Below, one piece after another: positions 38,451-52,138 of a stretch of DNA of 64,000 bases. Within the stretch, counting starts at the first letter, position 1, and every line of letters starts with the position of its first letter. Both the position numbers and the translations under genes were made by a program. The stretch is taken from assembly GCF_964355755.1 (NCBI RefSeq), contig NC_092675.1:25206912-25270911 (forward strand). Direction: 5' to 3'. Source of the stretch: Antedon mediterranea (taxonomy: Eukaryota > Animalia > Echinodermata). A model generated the notes under the pieces. The model searched no databases. It was not told the origin of the DNA and saw only the letters and a program-made list of their open reading frames with translations.

Positions 38451-40679
38451 GTAATTGTATACTTCTTATATGGTCATTGACAGCTTCAGAATGTTATTGT
38501 TCATTAAAAATGAACAGGTAGAATTGATTGCCAGTATTTACTGTAATCTGCTTGTCACATACTTAAGACAATGTATGTTAAAATCTGTGCTAGACAGTCA
38601 TGTCTGAGATGTGGAACACAAGCACAGATCGTACCATACCAGTTTGATGCAAATTTGTTGTAAACACAAACAATAATAATTTATTATTATTTGGCAGTGT
38701 CATGCTTGATGGAGAGAAGGCAGTAGTTTGTGTGTTCAGAATGAGTATGATGTATTCATGACTAAAATTAACTGCATAAAATTGGTTTGTGAAGATACTC
38801 GCATTCATTTACACTAAATTAGTTTTTATGCCTATGTAATTCAAACCATTCCTAATGATCAGGTTTTTACAGTGTTTTGTAGTTTCACATCCTATAGAAA
38901 TACTGTATACATCAAAAATGCAATTAAAATGTGTTAGAGTTATATTTTGAAATTCATATGGATTTATACAGGATTTGAATTCTGTTAGAACTTTCAACTT
39001 TCTTGATATTTTGTTACTGGATGGCTGGTAGTTTGTTAAAAATAAGGATATTGACTCAATTCCTCAGATGGGTAGTAAACACGGCTATCGTCACTTGAAA
39101 TGCATCCAAAGGCTCTGGAAGTTGGAGATTGCAAGATTAGACATTTCTTTTAAAGGAGGATAAAGTTAATATCTCCTCAGGAAACGACTGAATGATTTCT
39201 TAGTGGTTTACAAAGTCTGCAGTACTCTACTTCATATTTTGTTCACAAACTAAGTTTATAGAAACTGTTTAAATAGAAATAAAATGATATTTGTTTTACT
39301 GTGAATGTTTGTTGTCTTCTAATACTGTTCAATATTTGATGGCACAGTTGGTCATTTTATATTAATTCTTAATTTATTTATTTTGTGTACTTTGTTCAAA
39401 ACACTTTTGCAGATCTAAGGGAAAGTGGAAAATTATCTTGAACATTAATATATAATAATATTAATACAAAGTTCACAAAGAAATCATAAATTATAATGTT
39501 ATTCTAGTAGAACGTTTAAACCATTGGTGTGTAACCTCATCAACCACTAATAGGCAAATCATGTTAATCTTCCTCCAGTGGATCGTTAGTGAAACTCATA
39601 TCCTTCTAATTATCTGCCTAAGTTGATAAAGTGACCATCCTTCACAAACCTAAAAAACATTTCAGCTGTTGTTGTTTGTTCATGTAATGTAATAAATTAA
39701 TGCATCAAGTAAGCGCCCTCCTACATTAATGTATTCCGTATGTTTTATGTTGGATTTGTGCGACTTAAATGCTTGAAATGAAGATAGATGTGTAATACTG
39801 GTGAAGCTCATGTTGCTTAGAACATTACATCATCTTCCTTTAAAGAAGGTATTCTCTATAAATCTTATATGCTGATAATTCTATTAGGTACGCAGTATCA
39901 ATACATTTTGTAGTTTTACTTTTTGAAAGCATATTTTTGATTGGTGTATATTGTTGTCGTTTTTGAACCATTCTGTACCAGGCTAGTGTTCGTTCTTGCA
40001 TTTGAAACAGTGTCATTTGAGCCTTTTTTTGAGTCGAATTTGACAAGGTCGTACCAGCTGTTAGATCCAAACCTGGGGATTGTGATTCATGCATTACTTT
40101 TGTTGATCCGTAGTTGGCAACGATTTGGCAAACTTATATTTCAGTTGCATCAACTGTGATTTTTCTCTGGCAGATGTTGTAAGTGAGGACAGTGTGTGAC
40201 TATCCATAATATACCCAAAAGAATTTCTCAGAATCTCTGAAGATTTTGAAGCTTAAGCATTTTGGAAAAACTTTTTTTGTTGTTGTTTGATCTTTATTGT
40301 TCAGTCATCTCAAGTTGATTTGAGAAACAAATAACTTTTTAAAGGAAATTTATTTAGTTTACCTTATTTATTGCATTAATAATAATCATAATAATCAGTA
40401 AAGCATACTTTGCAAACAACAGATGATCGAAAAGCAAAACATATAAAGATATCAGTGATTCTCTGTAGCTTACCTGATGCTGTTATTATGATATAAGTAT
40501 TATTAGTAATACTGTCATACTGTTATCGATAGTGTATGGCAATAATAGGCTAGCTTTATGGCGCGTTAATAGCATTAATATTCTCAACTTCCTGGTTCTA
40601 ATGATATGGTACTCTTTGTATTCCTGCCATCCACTACCGGCAGAACTTGCCAGTTAGACGGACATCCTCAACTGGCGCT

Positions 40680-40754
40680 ATGAATCCAACGGTCGTGAGG
40701 CCTCTACATGCGCGCCGACCCCGGGCGCAAATACCACACCAGTTGCGGTTAGTG
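40680..40754 (+). CDS. MAST: Candidate alternative first coding exon of MAST (MNPTVVRPLHARRPRAQIPHQLRLV)
   Basis: Distinct GC/CpG-rich patch; in-frame TGA at 40602; donor GTG|GTAAGT, phase 0. Confidence 0.6.
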
Positions 40755-43230
40755 GTAAGTATTCCCTCACATTAGGAATTTTCTTTCCATTCTATGTTTT
40801 GTTTTCCTGCTTGATCATTATACCGTTATGATTTGAATTTTAATTTTCTCTATGGTGTGTGATGATATTACGTTTTATATTTTGGGATTCTCATACCTTT
40901 ACATTGTGCTATCACTGCATTGAGGTATAATCTACAATTGCTTGTACTGTTTTAATAGGCCTATGTATGTATTTATACAATATATCATCAGGTATTTCTG
41001 CTTTGAAATGCAGTAGTGTTCCTTGTTCTATACAATATAACTGTTCAAATGATATCTTATTGTTTCATCATAATATGTTACACTGAATGTATTGTATGCA
41101 TCTCAATGTTTCTGATACATTGTGACTCATGTGTCCAACTATCTATATTAACAGGATACATCATGTAAACTTGGTCTCAAAAACATAATGTTATATTATA
41201 TGCTTGTGTCCGAACAACTATATCCAAACGGATACATTTATACCAATCGTTGAATCACTTTGTCTTGTGTCCACCCAACCAAAAGATATGGTAATGTTGT
41301 TTTACCATTGATGTTGTCAACAGTATTTTGTTGTGTTGTTTTGTGTCTACCTCATGAAGTATTGACCTTTCGTTTTAACTATGCGCCATGTGACTATTCA
41401 GCTATTGAGTCCGTTCTGCACATGCTCAAATCGTTCTGAGGATAGTCTAGTGGTACATTGTGAAAACGAAAGTTCCCTGTTGTAATACTTATGAATATTA
41501 GTTCAATGTATGTGTTCTATACAGGTTACATCATTCACATTCAATTTCTTGTTTCTTCAACTTTTTGATTTGTGTATAATGGTTTGAAGGTTAAATATTT
41601 CATTTTTATAATCTATGAGTATTATATTTTTGTATATAAAAAAAGTAAACAATAATAATGTTATTGTTGTTTACACAATTTGAATTCTAAGAAAAATAGT
41701 ATATTTCAAAATAACAAATGCAAAAATAGTATAATAATTCAAAAACACTGAAGAATTTTCTAGTACAAAATCAATGAAAAGTTTGTCAGGAATTTGTATT
41801 CATTGAATTTGTATACTATATTACCATTGAAGAGGATTTACCGATAATCATAAATGGGGACTGGTATAGGGAACCAGTATGCCTACTGGGAAGGTAAGAC
41901 TTTAGCGTATATTCATATAATCGATTTACATACCAGTAATATTATGTATTTCTAAACTACATTTAACTATATACTTGTTTATAACCTTGGCTATAAACAT
42001 GGAAAGGAGTGGTTGTTGTTAGTGCATTAGACTATCGATGGACTTCCTTAAATATGATTATGTATATATACAGTATTTAATCTCCATTTCTATTTGCCAG
42101 ATAAAGCTTTGAGCAGTATGTTATCATATTATATATGTATATGTACTGTTCACTTTTTTTAGTCTAGATGCTATAATTTTACTAATTCACTTCCTCTATA
42201 TAAATCTGTTGTTTTTGTGAAAGTGATTTCCTACTCTATTATATTATCTCGCTAATTTGAAATCCTTGGCCCATGCCTAAATATCAGATTTAATTTATTG
42301 AATATTGACACAATTACACAGACCTTTAAAAAATAACAAGTTAACAATCAGAGTTATCAATATCCACTTTCTGTTCCCCACATCCACCTCACCCATAATA
42401 TCTATTTTTGCTTACAAATGCATTAAAAAGTCCCTTCTGGAGTTGGAAATTTACTTTATTTATTAAATCATTTTTTTGGAAATGTATAGCCTTTTATTTC
42501 TGGTATGTTGTGTACTTTTGAAAATTAAAGTTTACAAATTGATTTACCAGATTTATTTATCAATAATCAATAAAGAATGTCTTTTTAAATTGTATTGATC
42601 ACATTTGTTCTTTTATATTTATTTGTGTAAACAAATTAGGTGTACCTTTTTTGAATGAGACAAATTCTGATTGATATCATAATTTGACTAAAAATTAAAC
42701 CTGATTAAGATTGACAGAATGGGAAGGTCTTGAAAATAAAATCAGGCAGTGTCCTCAGCTGTTTGGTCCTAAAAAGCTGTCGGAAGCCTAGACTTCCTTA
42801 AGTAATGGTCACATGATCAGAAATTGAGCTAGAACTTTATGTGTCACAGTTCAGTGGTTAGCCAGTTGGCAGCAAGGCAAAAAAGTGAAGTGTGCTTTTA
42901 ACATTATGTAAAGATCAGTGTAGTTTAACGATTGGTTTAGCGGTAAAATAGCAATCACACTCGATAATGTGCTATGATTTTTAAGCTTAATTATGTCTGA
43001 TGTATTCAGAAGGACTGTGTATTAAATTGGAGGTAGGCCTACATCAGCTGCATATGGATCTTTTGAGTATATCTGCCAAATAGTGATTATATTTTTTTTA
43101 TTGCTGCTGTGCTATTGTGTTTTGACCATGTATACAACAGGACATGTGTTTCTTCAAATGTGATTCGTAGCTGGTGAATGATAGATACCAATCTATCATT
43201 ACTGTCATATCTCATGAGATCCTGTGAGAT

Positions 43231-43320
43231 ATGTTCTTTACAAATTTACTGAAGGATATGGACTATCTAGGATGTTTCAAAGTTTTTACAGAATCTTTGA
43301 TTGACTTTCTCGTTGGAGAG
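43231..43320 (+). CDS. MAST: Candidate alternative first coding exon of MAST (MFFTNLLKDMDYLGCFKVFTESLIDFLVGE)
   Basis: In-frame TGA at 43225, 30 open codons, donor GAG|GTAACA, phase 0. Confidence 0.45.
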
Positions 43321-46300
43321 GTAACAACAATTATTATTTTATTATTATACACTTGTTATCATGGATACAAACACTGTAGTTATACCAATTGAAAGAAAAT
43401 GGCTTTGTTTATATTCATTTTAAGAATTATTGTGATGTACAGTACAGCCTAGAGTGTAGTCGTTAATGCAGCCAAAAGTTATTTTATGCCCTTCCACTTT
43501 TTGCACAGCACCCTACGAAGATGTTGCCACTACTCGTAAAGAATTGCTTCCCATTCTTCAGTTAAGCTTATTTTACTAATATCTCCTCATTCGTCTGTAC
43601 AACAAATGATTCACTTTATAGTGCCTCATGATAACAATTGAAAGACCCAGCAACATTTGTGTCATCTTAAAAAGTTAGTACAGGTAAACAAGATGTATTA
43701 ACAAAGTTATTTTTGTATACTATCTCTATTCTTGTTAACCTGTTTTAATAAATATTTACAATATATTTGTCTTTCATTTATATTCAACTTAATGTTTAGT
43801 TTCTACAACAACATTAACCCTTTGCTTATTAAAGTTAATATTTTACAGCATTGTTAAAAAATGCTGTTAGTGTTAATAAATTGATTTTAATATGTTACTT
43901 CAGTAGGAGATTTACATTAAAAAAAGCTTAATTTATTGTTAAAATTTATTCTACAATCACTAAATTTACACCTTTTTTGTATTATAAAATGTAAATATAA
44001 ATTATGGATGCATTAAATACATTTTGTTGCTATGGAAACTCTGTACATGGTCTAGTGTCACAGATGAGTCATAGTGCAGCCATTAGCACGGTAACAATTA
44101 TTAGTATTTTCTCCATCCAAAAAATGTTCAAATTAAAATGATTTTATAATTTTTAATCTCAAAGACTATTTTTTTCCTGTTTAGGTATACAGTATATAAA
44201 AAATAAGTTGAATTCTCAATTTTTAAATTTCATTTAAGGTGGTTAAATTACTGTTTAGTTCTTGTTTTTTTAGATATGCATTACTGTGTACAGTACATAT
44301 TTAAATTTAACTTAAATGTAGGATTATTTTAAGTGAATTTCTCTTTTTCACTTTTGTGTAAAATAGAAAGTTTTTACCTTGACTTTCTTTGGCAAATCAT
44401 TGTTTCCAAACCTACTGAAAACAATAGTGTTTGTCTGTAGGGAGTTTATTGCTTTTACTGTCAAATGAGAATTACCTGTATTACTTTGCATGTTTTATAC
44501 TGATATTTAAAGTATTAACTATACTGTTGAAAACCTGATTATAAACCCACACCAAGCTAGGTTGGAATTCCACTTATTAATTTACTTAAATAAATATATT
44601 AACAAATATTCCAATATGGTGAGCGAGTGTATTCTATGTAATTCAACGCCCTCTAATTTCACCCAAATTAAATGGCATATTACATTTTCAAAAAAATTAA
44701 AAACATATAAAAAAAGAAGGAAAGTAAAAATATTATTAATTATATTATTTTAATATTTTAAACTGAAAACCACCAAAACAAATTCAACAATCATACCAAA
44801 GGTTGACAAACATTTTTGTCACATTAATATATGGCAGATTTTTTTCTCTTCGCCTGCGGCACATTAGTATGAGCACATTAAAGTGTGTTGTTTGTGTAAA
44901 AGCTTCTGTATCCTGGGATTATACATAGATTGTTTGTCTACTTTAATCTCATTTACTCTATGACATTGGCAATTAACAGTTTCCTGTTGTCTTAAATCTA
45001 ATTTGATTTTGTCTGCTTTTGCATCATTTTCCCTCGTTCTACTCCATTTTTGGTCTCACCAGTAGGAATCTTCAGTCTGTATTGTTGCTATTTAACAACA
45101 TTAAACCTGAATGTATTCACATGTGCAGCAACATATTAAAAAATTTTAAATGTTTTTTCAGACCTGACCTTTAAGAATGATTCTTATCTAATTTTGTGAA
45201 GCGAGACTAGCGTCATATCCACATTTTATATTTAGTTGTCTAATTTTTTTAAAATGTAGTTGGTCAAATGTTTGTCCTGCTCTGACGTAATTGTACTTAA
45301 TACTTAGTAGTACATAAATTTGCAAGTAATTCCCATGTGGGCTAGAACCCACAACCTCTAGATCTCTAGGGTAGTGTTTATACCCTGACCACAAACTTGT
45401 GCTGATGGCTATGGTTAGATTCTAAGACTCCAAGGAAGCGGTGGGTATATACTTCACCAAAATGTAATTCTAGTTTGATACATTGCAAGAATATTGTTTT
45501 TTTAAATTTTCCACATATTTTTCTTATTTTTTTATGTACAGTATACTAAACTACCTAATAAATTATCAACAAACAGCATAACATCATGTGGGGAAAGAAA
45601 GCTAATTTACATTAATCATTTTATTCATGTTAAAGGATGCTGAAATAGTTTATAGGAGAATTTGAAATATGATTCAATAAATGTTACTTATGACCTTAAT
45701 ACCTGTTTTATAATAAATCTTCTACAGTATGATGACTTTGTAGTTTTTATTTTCAATGTTTTAAATAAAATTCAACAAAAACATTTTTAGCAGAGGATAT
45801 AACATCTATTTAAGAAACATTAATATCATAGAATATTTTAATAAGAATGTACAAGAACGATTAAACATTTTCCATAACGGAAGAGAATAATTCAACTGAA
45901 ACATAATATCCTGAAAAATATACGTGCAAATAGTCAAATTTAATTTAAATGTTCTTATCAGCATTTCATGGTTGTAATACCATTTCATATAATGTTGCTA
46001 ATGAACTACTGTACATGCTTACAGCAAAAAATGATTTGTTATAATTATCATTCATAAGATTACATGTTTAATTTATTAATTTGATACGGTAATTTATTTT
46101 ATCAGAGATTTGTCATATGAGAATGATAATGAAATGTTGGTTGTTGGTCATAGTAATTAATAATTACATAAGTTGATTAATATCTTCCTCTCATCTGATT
46201 TGATTAAAGCATAAAGAAAATAGAATTATTTACAACAAAAGTTATTTTAAGAACATGCTTCACAGTTTTTCATTATTCATATTTTATTTTCAGACTTTCT

Positions 46301-46386
46301 TTGTTTTGATATAAATATCTCTTTTATTGCCTTTTTATATTATGTAATTATTTTTAATTAATTTTGAAATTTATTGTTTTCCTCAG

Positions 46387-46680
46387 TCTGATTTTGATGA
46401 TGAGCTCCATGCAGTTGAAGCGCAAACAAAGCACCTTAGTGCTGGCCTAGCTAACTCCATTCCTAGGAATCTGCGTCTAGGACGTCCACTATCGGTAGAC
46501 GAGACAAAATGTGCCCGTCGTGGAAGCCTTGGAATGGGCAGTTCTCTCAGCCACAGTGTAAATGTAAATGCAAGTTTTCAAAACAGTACCACAAATGCCT
46601 TGATCTTGGGGGATTCCTCAAACCTATTGAGGGTACGGCAGATGCTTGGACAATCGGCACCTTCATTAGGACCAAGTCTG
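46387..46680 (+). CDS. MAST: Microtubule-associated Ser/Thr kinase (MAST family), first common exon
   Basis: Acceptor ttttcctcag, donor CTG|GTAAGT, 294 nt, phase 0/0; ends SNLLRVRQMLGQSAPSLGPSL, matching the MAST N-terminal SNLxRMRxQxLGQSAPSL motif. Confidence 0.9.
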
Positions 46681-49600
46681 GTAAGTGTCTTTAATATGTT
46701 ATTTTCCGCTCATAAAACAATGTTAGATATGAAACGAGGGTTATAAAATAAAAAAATTTAAAAAAATCCAATATAAGTTTTAGAAGAAAGTTTTTCGTCA
46801 TTGCCCTTTTTTTCAATTACAGTACCACCAATGTGTACAAGTATAACATTTCTTGTTTGTCAATGGCCTATATCTATAAGAAATTTACTCAATTTCCAAC
46901 GTAATTATTTTGTTCTATCTGCGATCATTAGAAATTAAGAGCACTCTTAATAATTTGGTTATTGTGACAAACCCACTTTGACATGTTTTTAAGAGTTAAT
47001 TCAATCAGATGATGAAAATTATTCTCAAGTCAAATAATTTGTTTCTAATAAGTATTATTTCAAACATGTGGTTCAAATTGAGATTGCTGCAAATTTAACG
47101 AGTGTACTTCATGCTTCATTTCGCTTCACAACCTGATTAGAAGGCGCGGGCGACGAGTTATACAGTCCAGTCGCTTTAAACTTTTTTCTCCTACGATTTT
47201 GAGAGACTAGCTTACCAAACATTATTCCTAAATCTTTTTTGCAATCCTCTGTTGTTGGAGTAGTGGCTGTCCTAAAATATTTGATATGTGACGACTACTA
47301 CCTACAACAGAGTGGGTGAATTACACTGCAGATACTGTAAGATAAGTATCACTTGTAAAAAGGTTCTGGTTTTTAATCTTCAGTTATTTAATGTTTTCAA
47401 GTATAGAAATACATTTATATGCAGTCAATATTTGCCAAATTACACATTTCTATATGAATATAATATAAGGCATTTCACACAAGGTAGTCATCAACCAATT
47501 CAATTGTCATAAATGATTTGATCAAATTTAATTTGTTTAAAAGGATGAACTTGGTTTTTGAACACAGGAAATCAGTTAATAAGTGGTACATAAGTTTTAA
47601 TTTTTTTCAAATTGCCTTATTCAACTGTGACATGTACTTTACTACTATATGAACATCATAAAAGTTTATTTACATTTTATGATTTTCTTCAGAAAGAATC
47701 ATAAATCATCTTTATATCTAGTTTCAATTCCAATTCTATTGGGTAATAATGATCATATTTATTCTACTGTACTATACGTAGTTAGTGTTTCATGTTGACA
47801 TTGTACTACTACTTAACAATATTACTAAATATTATTATACCCTTTGGATTTTCTAATTTCATATAAAAATAATGAGATAACTTTAAAATTAGTTATAAAT
47901 AATTTTTTCAGATTTATTTATTAATTTGACACAAGCAGTCAAGCGCCATAATACATTGTGTCCGCAACCCCTGATTTGGAAATCCTTTTTTTTAAGTGGG
48001 TGGAGAATAATGTTTCAAAATGAGTAATTTGCCCTTTCAGTATTGCTTTTAGGTCAAGATTGGTATATTGGAAGTTTTATAAGGTCTACTTGATATCAGT
48101 CATTTTTTTCTTAAAAAACAAGGTTTTTATAAATCAGAAATTGATTATTAGACAGTTCATTTTTTACAGCTGCAGCATGACACTGACTGGATCGCGTCGT
48201 GTCATAGGAAGGTTGTTTTTCAGGGGGGTTTTCTTGTACTGTACCAGTGTGTACAGTCTGCCCTTGGCACTCATATTAAAGTTTCTGTCAGGTCAATTAT
48301 AATTGTCTTCAAAGTCATCTTTTCAAAAGTGGCACATTCCATCTATTCAGATAAAAAATTGAGGTTTGAAATTTTAAATTATTCTTAAAATGTGTTACTG
48401 AAACACTTGGCTAGGCACTTTAAACCATGACTCATTTATTCCTTCAAGTGGGACCCCTACAATGCTGGTGATCACAAAACCATTAAAACAAATCTCCTTC
48501 ACTTAACCGATTTAAAGTTAACATCTACAGTAGAAGATAAATTTGGTTGAAAACTATTCTAGGTTATTCACTTATTTATTAAGTCATCGATACTGTGTGA
48601 CTGTGTCTTGAAAAATTCTATCTACATACACGCATATTTTTCCTGATTAACTTAATGTACAATTACTGTTTTAGTTGTTTTTATACCTGTGTAGTGTAGT
48701 ACTTTCGAACATTGTTTTCTAAATAGAAAATTAAAGGTACTTTGAAATAATATGCTACAATTATGTAAAACTATACAAAATAATTGATACAATCAGATTC
48801 ATAGATGGACAAAAGATTAAAATTTAAAAACCAAATGAAGAAGTACAATAGAATTGGTCCCTAGTCTTTAAGGAGAATAACTCACTGTTTAATCATTTTC
48901 CCCACCAAATGCATAACGTATGCAGAATGTGCAATATCTTCCAATGCCTTAAATAGTGTAGTAAACTTTGATGACGTGTAGGGAGTGTTTACTGGTGCCC
49001 ATATTTACTTTGCATCTGTGGTTCAGAGAACTTTGGTTAACCACTAATTTCCAGTTGCAGATGAACTAATTATAAGATGACAGAAAAGTTTTTATTTAGA
49101 TTGTGTAATCACCAGAAATTTACAATTCAGTTGAAAGCACCCCTAGTTAATAGTAGCATATGACAAGACTGATTTGGCATTTAAAAGTTTGAATACAAAG
49201 TTGGGATTCAAGCCTAGTTCCAAGTACTTCTGGACACCCACGCTTTAAAATTATTTAATTTGTAGATTTAGTAAAGAGCCAAAGTTAATTTTACTAAAAA
49301 TGAACTAAAGGTACTACTGTACCTCTTCATCGGGTAATACCTGCACAATCATTAAAAAAATCAAAATAAGCCGCAGAGCACATTTTCTTAATTTTAGTGT
49401 AGAATATTCAAAGGAAAAAAAAAATCTTACCAAAAAAAAATAAATTTAAAAGCAATCATGACCGTGATCTTTAATGTGTTTAAGGAATTGTTCTTAGTCA
49501 GACATCAAGTAGCACTGAAAGGCATAAGTATATAAAAACCACAAAGCGTCTGTATGTCGGGGACTTGGTTCGTGTATATGATTTCCCATTTACAATTAGC

Positions 49601-50199
49601 CCTTTAATTCCATCCCTTGCATGTGTTGTTGACAGCTTTTAGTATTCCAAATGTTACACCTTTAACAGGTGCTCATCAACAGGTGCTCGTTTTTCCAGTT
49701 ACATTTTTTTTGTAATTTTTTTTCTGGCAATCATAAAACAAATGTTCAATTCATTCTATTATCCATTAATTATAATTCTCAATTACAAAGAAATTTATTT
49801 TGTAAGCGGTGTTTTGTACATTTCCGTACTTTGTTTTACTTTATTCATTAGATTTCATGTTTAATGTCACTGATTACACTTGTTTATTGAAGATCAAAGC
49901 TTTTTGCTACTTTAATTTTTAATGTCAGCTACATTTTTATTACAAAAATCATGCAATATTTCAATGTTTAAAATGTGATTAATGTATCTTACAAAATAGA
50001 ATGATCATTTTAAAATGAAATTTATGTTTTAAAAGAATATTATGGAGTACATTTATAAGTTTTACTGAGGTTTACTGAAACTTATACAGTATTTCTTATT
50101 TATTTTATGATAGATTAATATTTAAATTGTATATATTGTTTTACAAATTAAAAAGTAAACAAATCAATGATATATGATTCATTTCCTTTCGTTGTATAG

Positions 50200-50223
50200 C
50201 CTTCAGCCAGCTTCCAATTACTG
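50200..50223 (+). CDS. MAST: Candidate 24-nt cassette microexon of MAST (PSASFQLL)
   Basis: ttcctttcgttgtatag|CCTTCAGCCAGCTTCCAATTACTG|gtaggt; phase 0/0, no stop. Confidence 0.5.
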
Positions 50224-52090
50224 GTAGGTATTTTAATATCATAAATGTTGATGTATTTTGTTCAATTTTCGTTTTGCTTGTTTATTATCAGTAAATTCTT
50301 CATAGATTTTGTTGTTTCTTTTTTTTTTTAAATAGCATTTACCTAATTGTTGTGGTATGTTAACGATTTGCAGTGGTTTTGTTTCTGTAATGTTATCCCA
50401 TAAATATTTTATATAATGAATAATCCTTTGTATATGTTTCAGCTTGAATTTTAAAACATTGCATTTGATTTGCGAATTTCATTCATTCAATATACAGTAA
50501 ATCATTTTCACATACAGCTTCCATTTATAATGCTTTAAAGTGTATATACAGAACAATAAACAAATTTAATACATTTTTTAAAGTAAATATTTATTTGATG
50601 TGCTAATATTATACAGTACTGTATACGGTAGTGTAATTTGTTTATTATTTCATCTTGTATACGTGGTTATGAGATTTGTTATGTATAATGATTAACATCA
50701 ATTACTAATCCAATAGTTAACTAGTATAATTCTTTGTGGTGCCATGGATGTGTGGGGACAGGGTGTTTGGATATTCAATCTTAGAGTACAGTGCATGTAC
50801 AGACGAAGTCACGTTATTAAAGTAACATAAATATTTTGTTTTCCTTTGTTTGCACATGTTACTGTCAGGAGAACCTTGGTGTCTCTGCGAAAAGAATTGT
50901 ATTTTATTTTAATTCTGGACTCGGCCAAACTTATTTACTATTAACTACTTCGTACTGTATTCTTTCACTTGAAGAGAATTTTAAAATCATTAGCAATTAT
51001 AATAATTTGTTACCTATACATTGTATGAATGCAATGCATAAGGAAAGATTTTAGTTTGCTTTAATTTTAATAATGTAAAAAATTTTCACAATTCTGTAAA
51101 TATGATTTTAATAAATACCATTTATGAAATGAATTAAAATAATATTTTGTAAAAATGTTAATTTTCTATGCAAATGAAATTAAGAATTTTGCCAAAACTA
51201 AATTTGTTTAAAATATTTTATATGCTTATGACAAATATTTATCGTTTGGAGTTTACAATGCTGACCAACCGCGTAGACCAAGTGTCTACGGTTGTTTTCG
51301 TTAATTGTGATTGTACAAGTATTGTAGAAAGCCAAGTCAGATCAAGGCTATAGACGCAAGGACTCCCAGTAATACAGAGATTTTCAAAATTAATAAGAAC
51401 CTACCTATTACAACGTATTAAGATTGATTGTACCTCCTAAAATGAAACGACCTATACAGATATCCATCAAAGAAAACTAAACTGTATTAATCTGTAGTAG
51501 AACTTCATAGAACTCATTAAGCCTCAATGCGCATTTAAACTATTAGCTAGAATTCGGTGTACAGTTTTTATGTTCACATTAAACAACCACTCCGTCACGA
51601 CGAGTTTAATATTCTGATGTTGCACCATACTGTGTTGAATAATTTCTATTTTTTTTTGTTCATTTACAAACAACATTAATGGTTGCAGCATCTGTGCTAA
51701 AGTTCATTTTTTTCGTCGCTTGTTTACCGTCGCATAATTTGTAATGGAAATTGGTATGGACGTTTAATGACTACGCTGAAACGGTGGCATGTCTATACTG
51801 CATGTGTTTCTATTCGACCAGCACTATGCGATTAATGTGTTGAGGAGAGTGATGTTACCTAATCTATAATGCACTTAAAGTGTCTGATAGCCATTCAAAT
51901 CATGGACTGTACAGAATATGTATGGACAGCTTACTTATGATAGTAAAGGTTATTCTGCAAGCTGTTGGTAGGCTAATGTAATGCTGAATCTCTCAGCTGT
52001 TTGTAGTATCGGTTCTATTTTCATTAGAACCAATGATTACCATCAGATACCAGCAAGAGTTTTCTTCCCTTGTTAGTAATTTAGGACTCT

Positions 52091-52138
52091 ATGGATAATT
52101 CGCCATATTCATCTTCAGATTTACTACTAGAAATTTGG
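52091..52138 (+). CDS. MAST: Candidate internal alternative first coding exon of MAST (MDNSPYSSSDLLLEIW)
   Basis: In-frame TAG at 52082, donor TGG|GTAAGT, phase 0 compatible with exon 55677; CpG-enriched region at 51570-51850 upstream. Confidence 0.5.

Noticed and set aside
39840-40159. Opposing 72-84 aa ORFs as a nested gene
   Set aside because: No recognisable domain or exon chain
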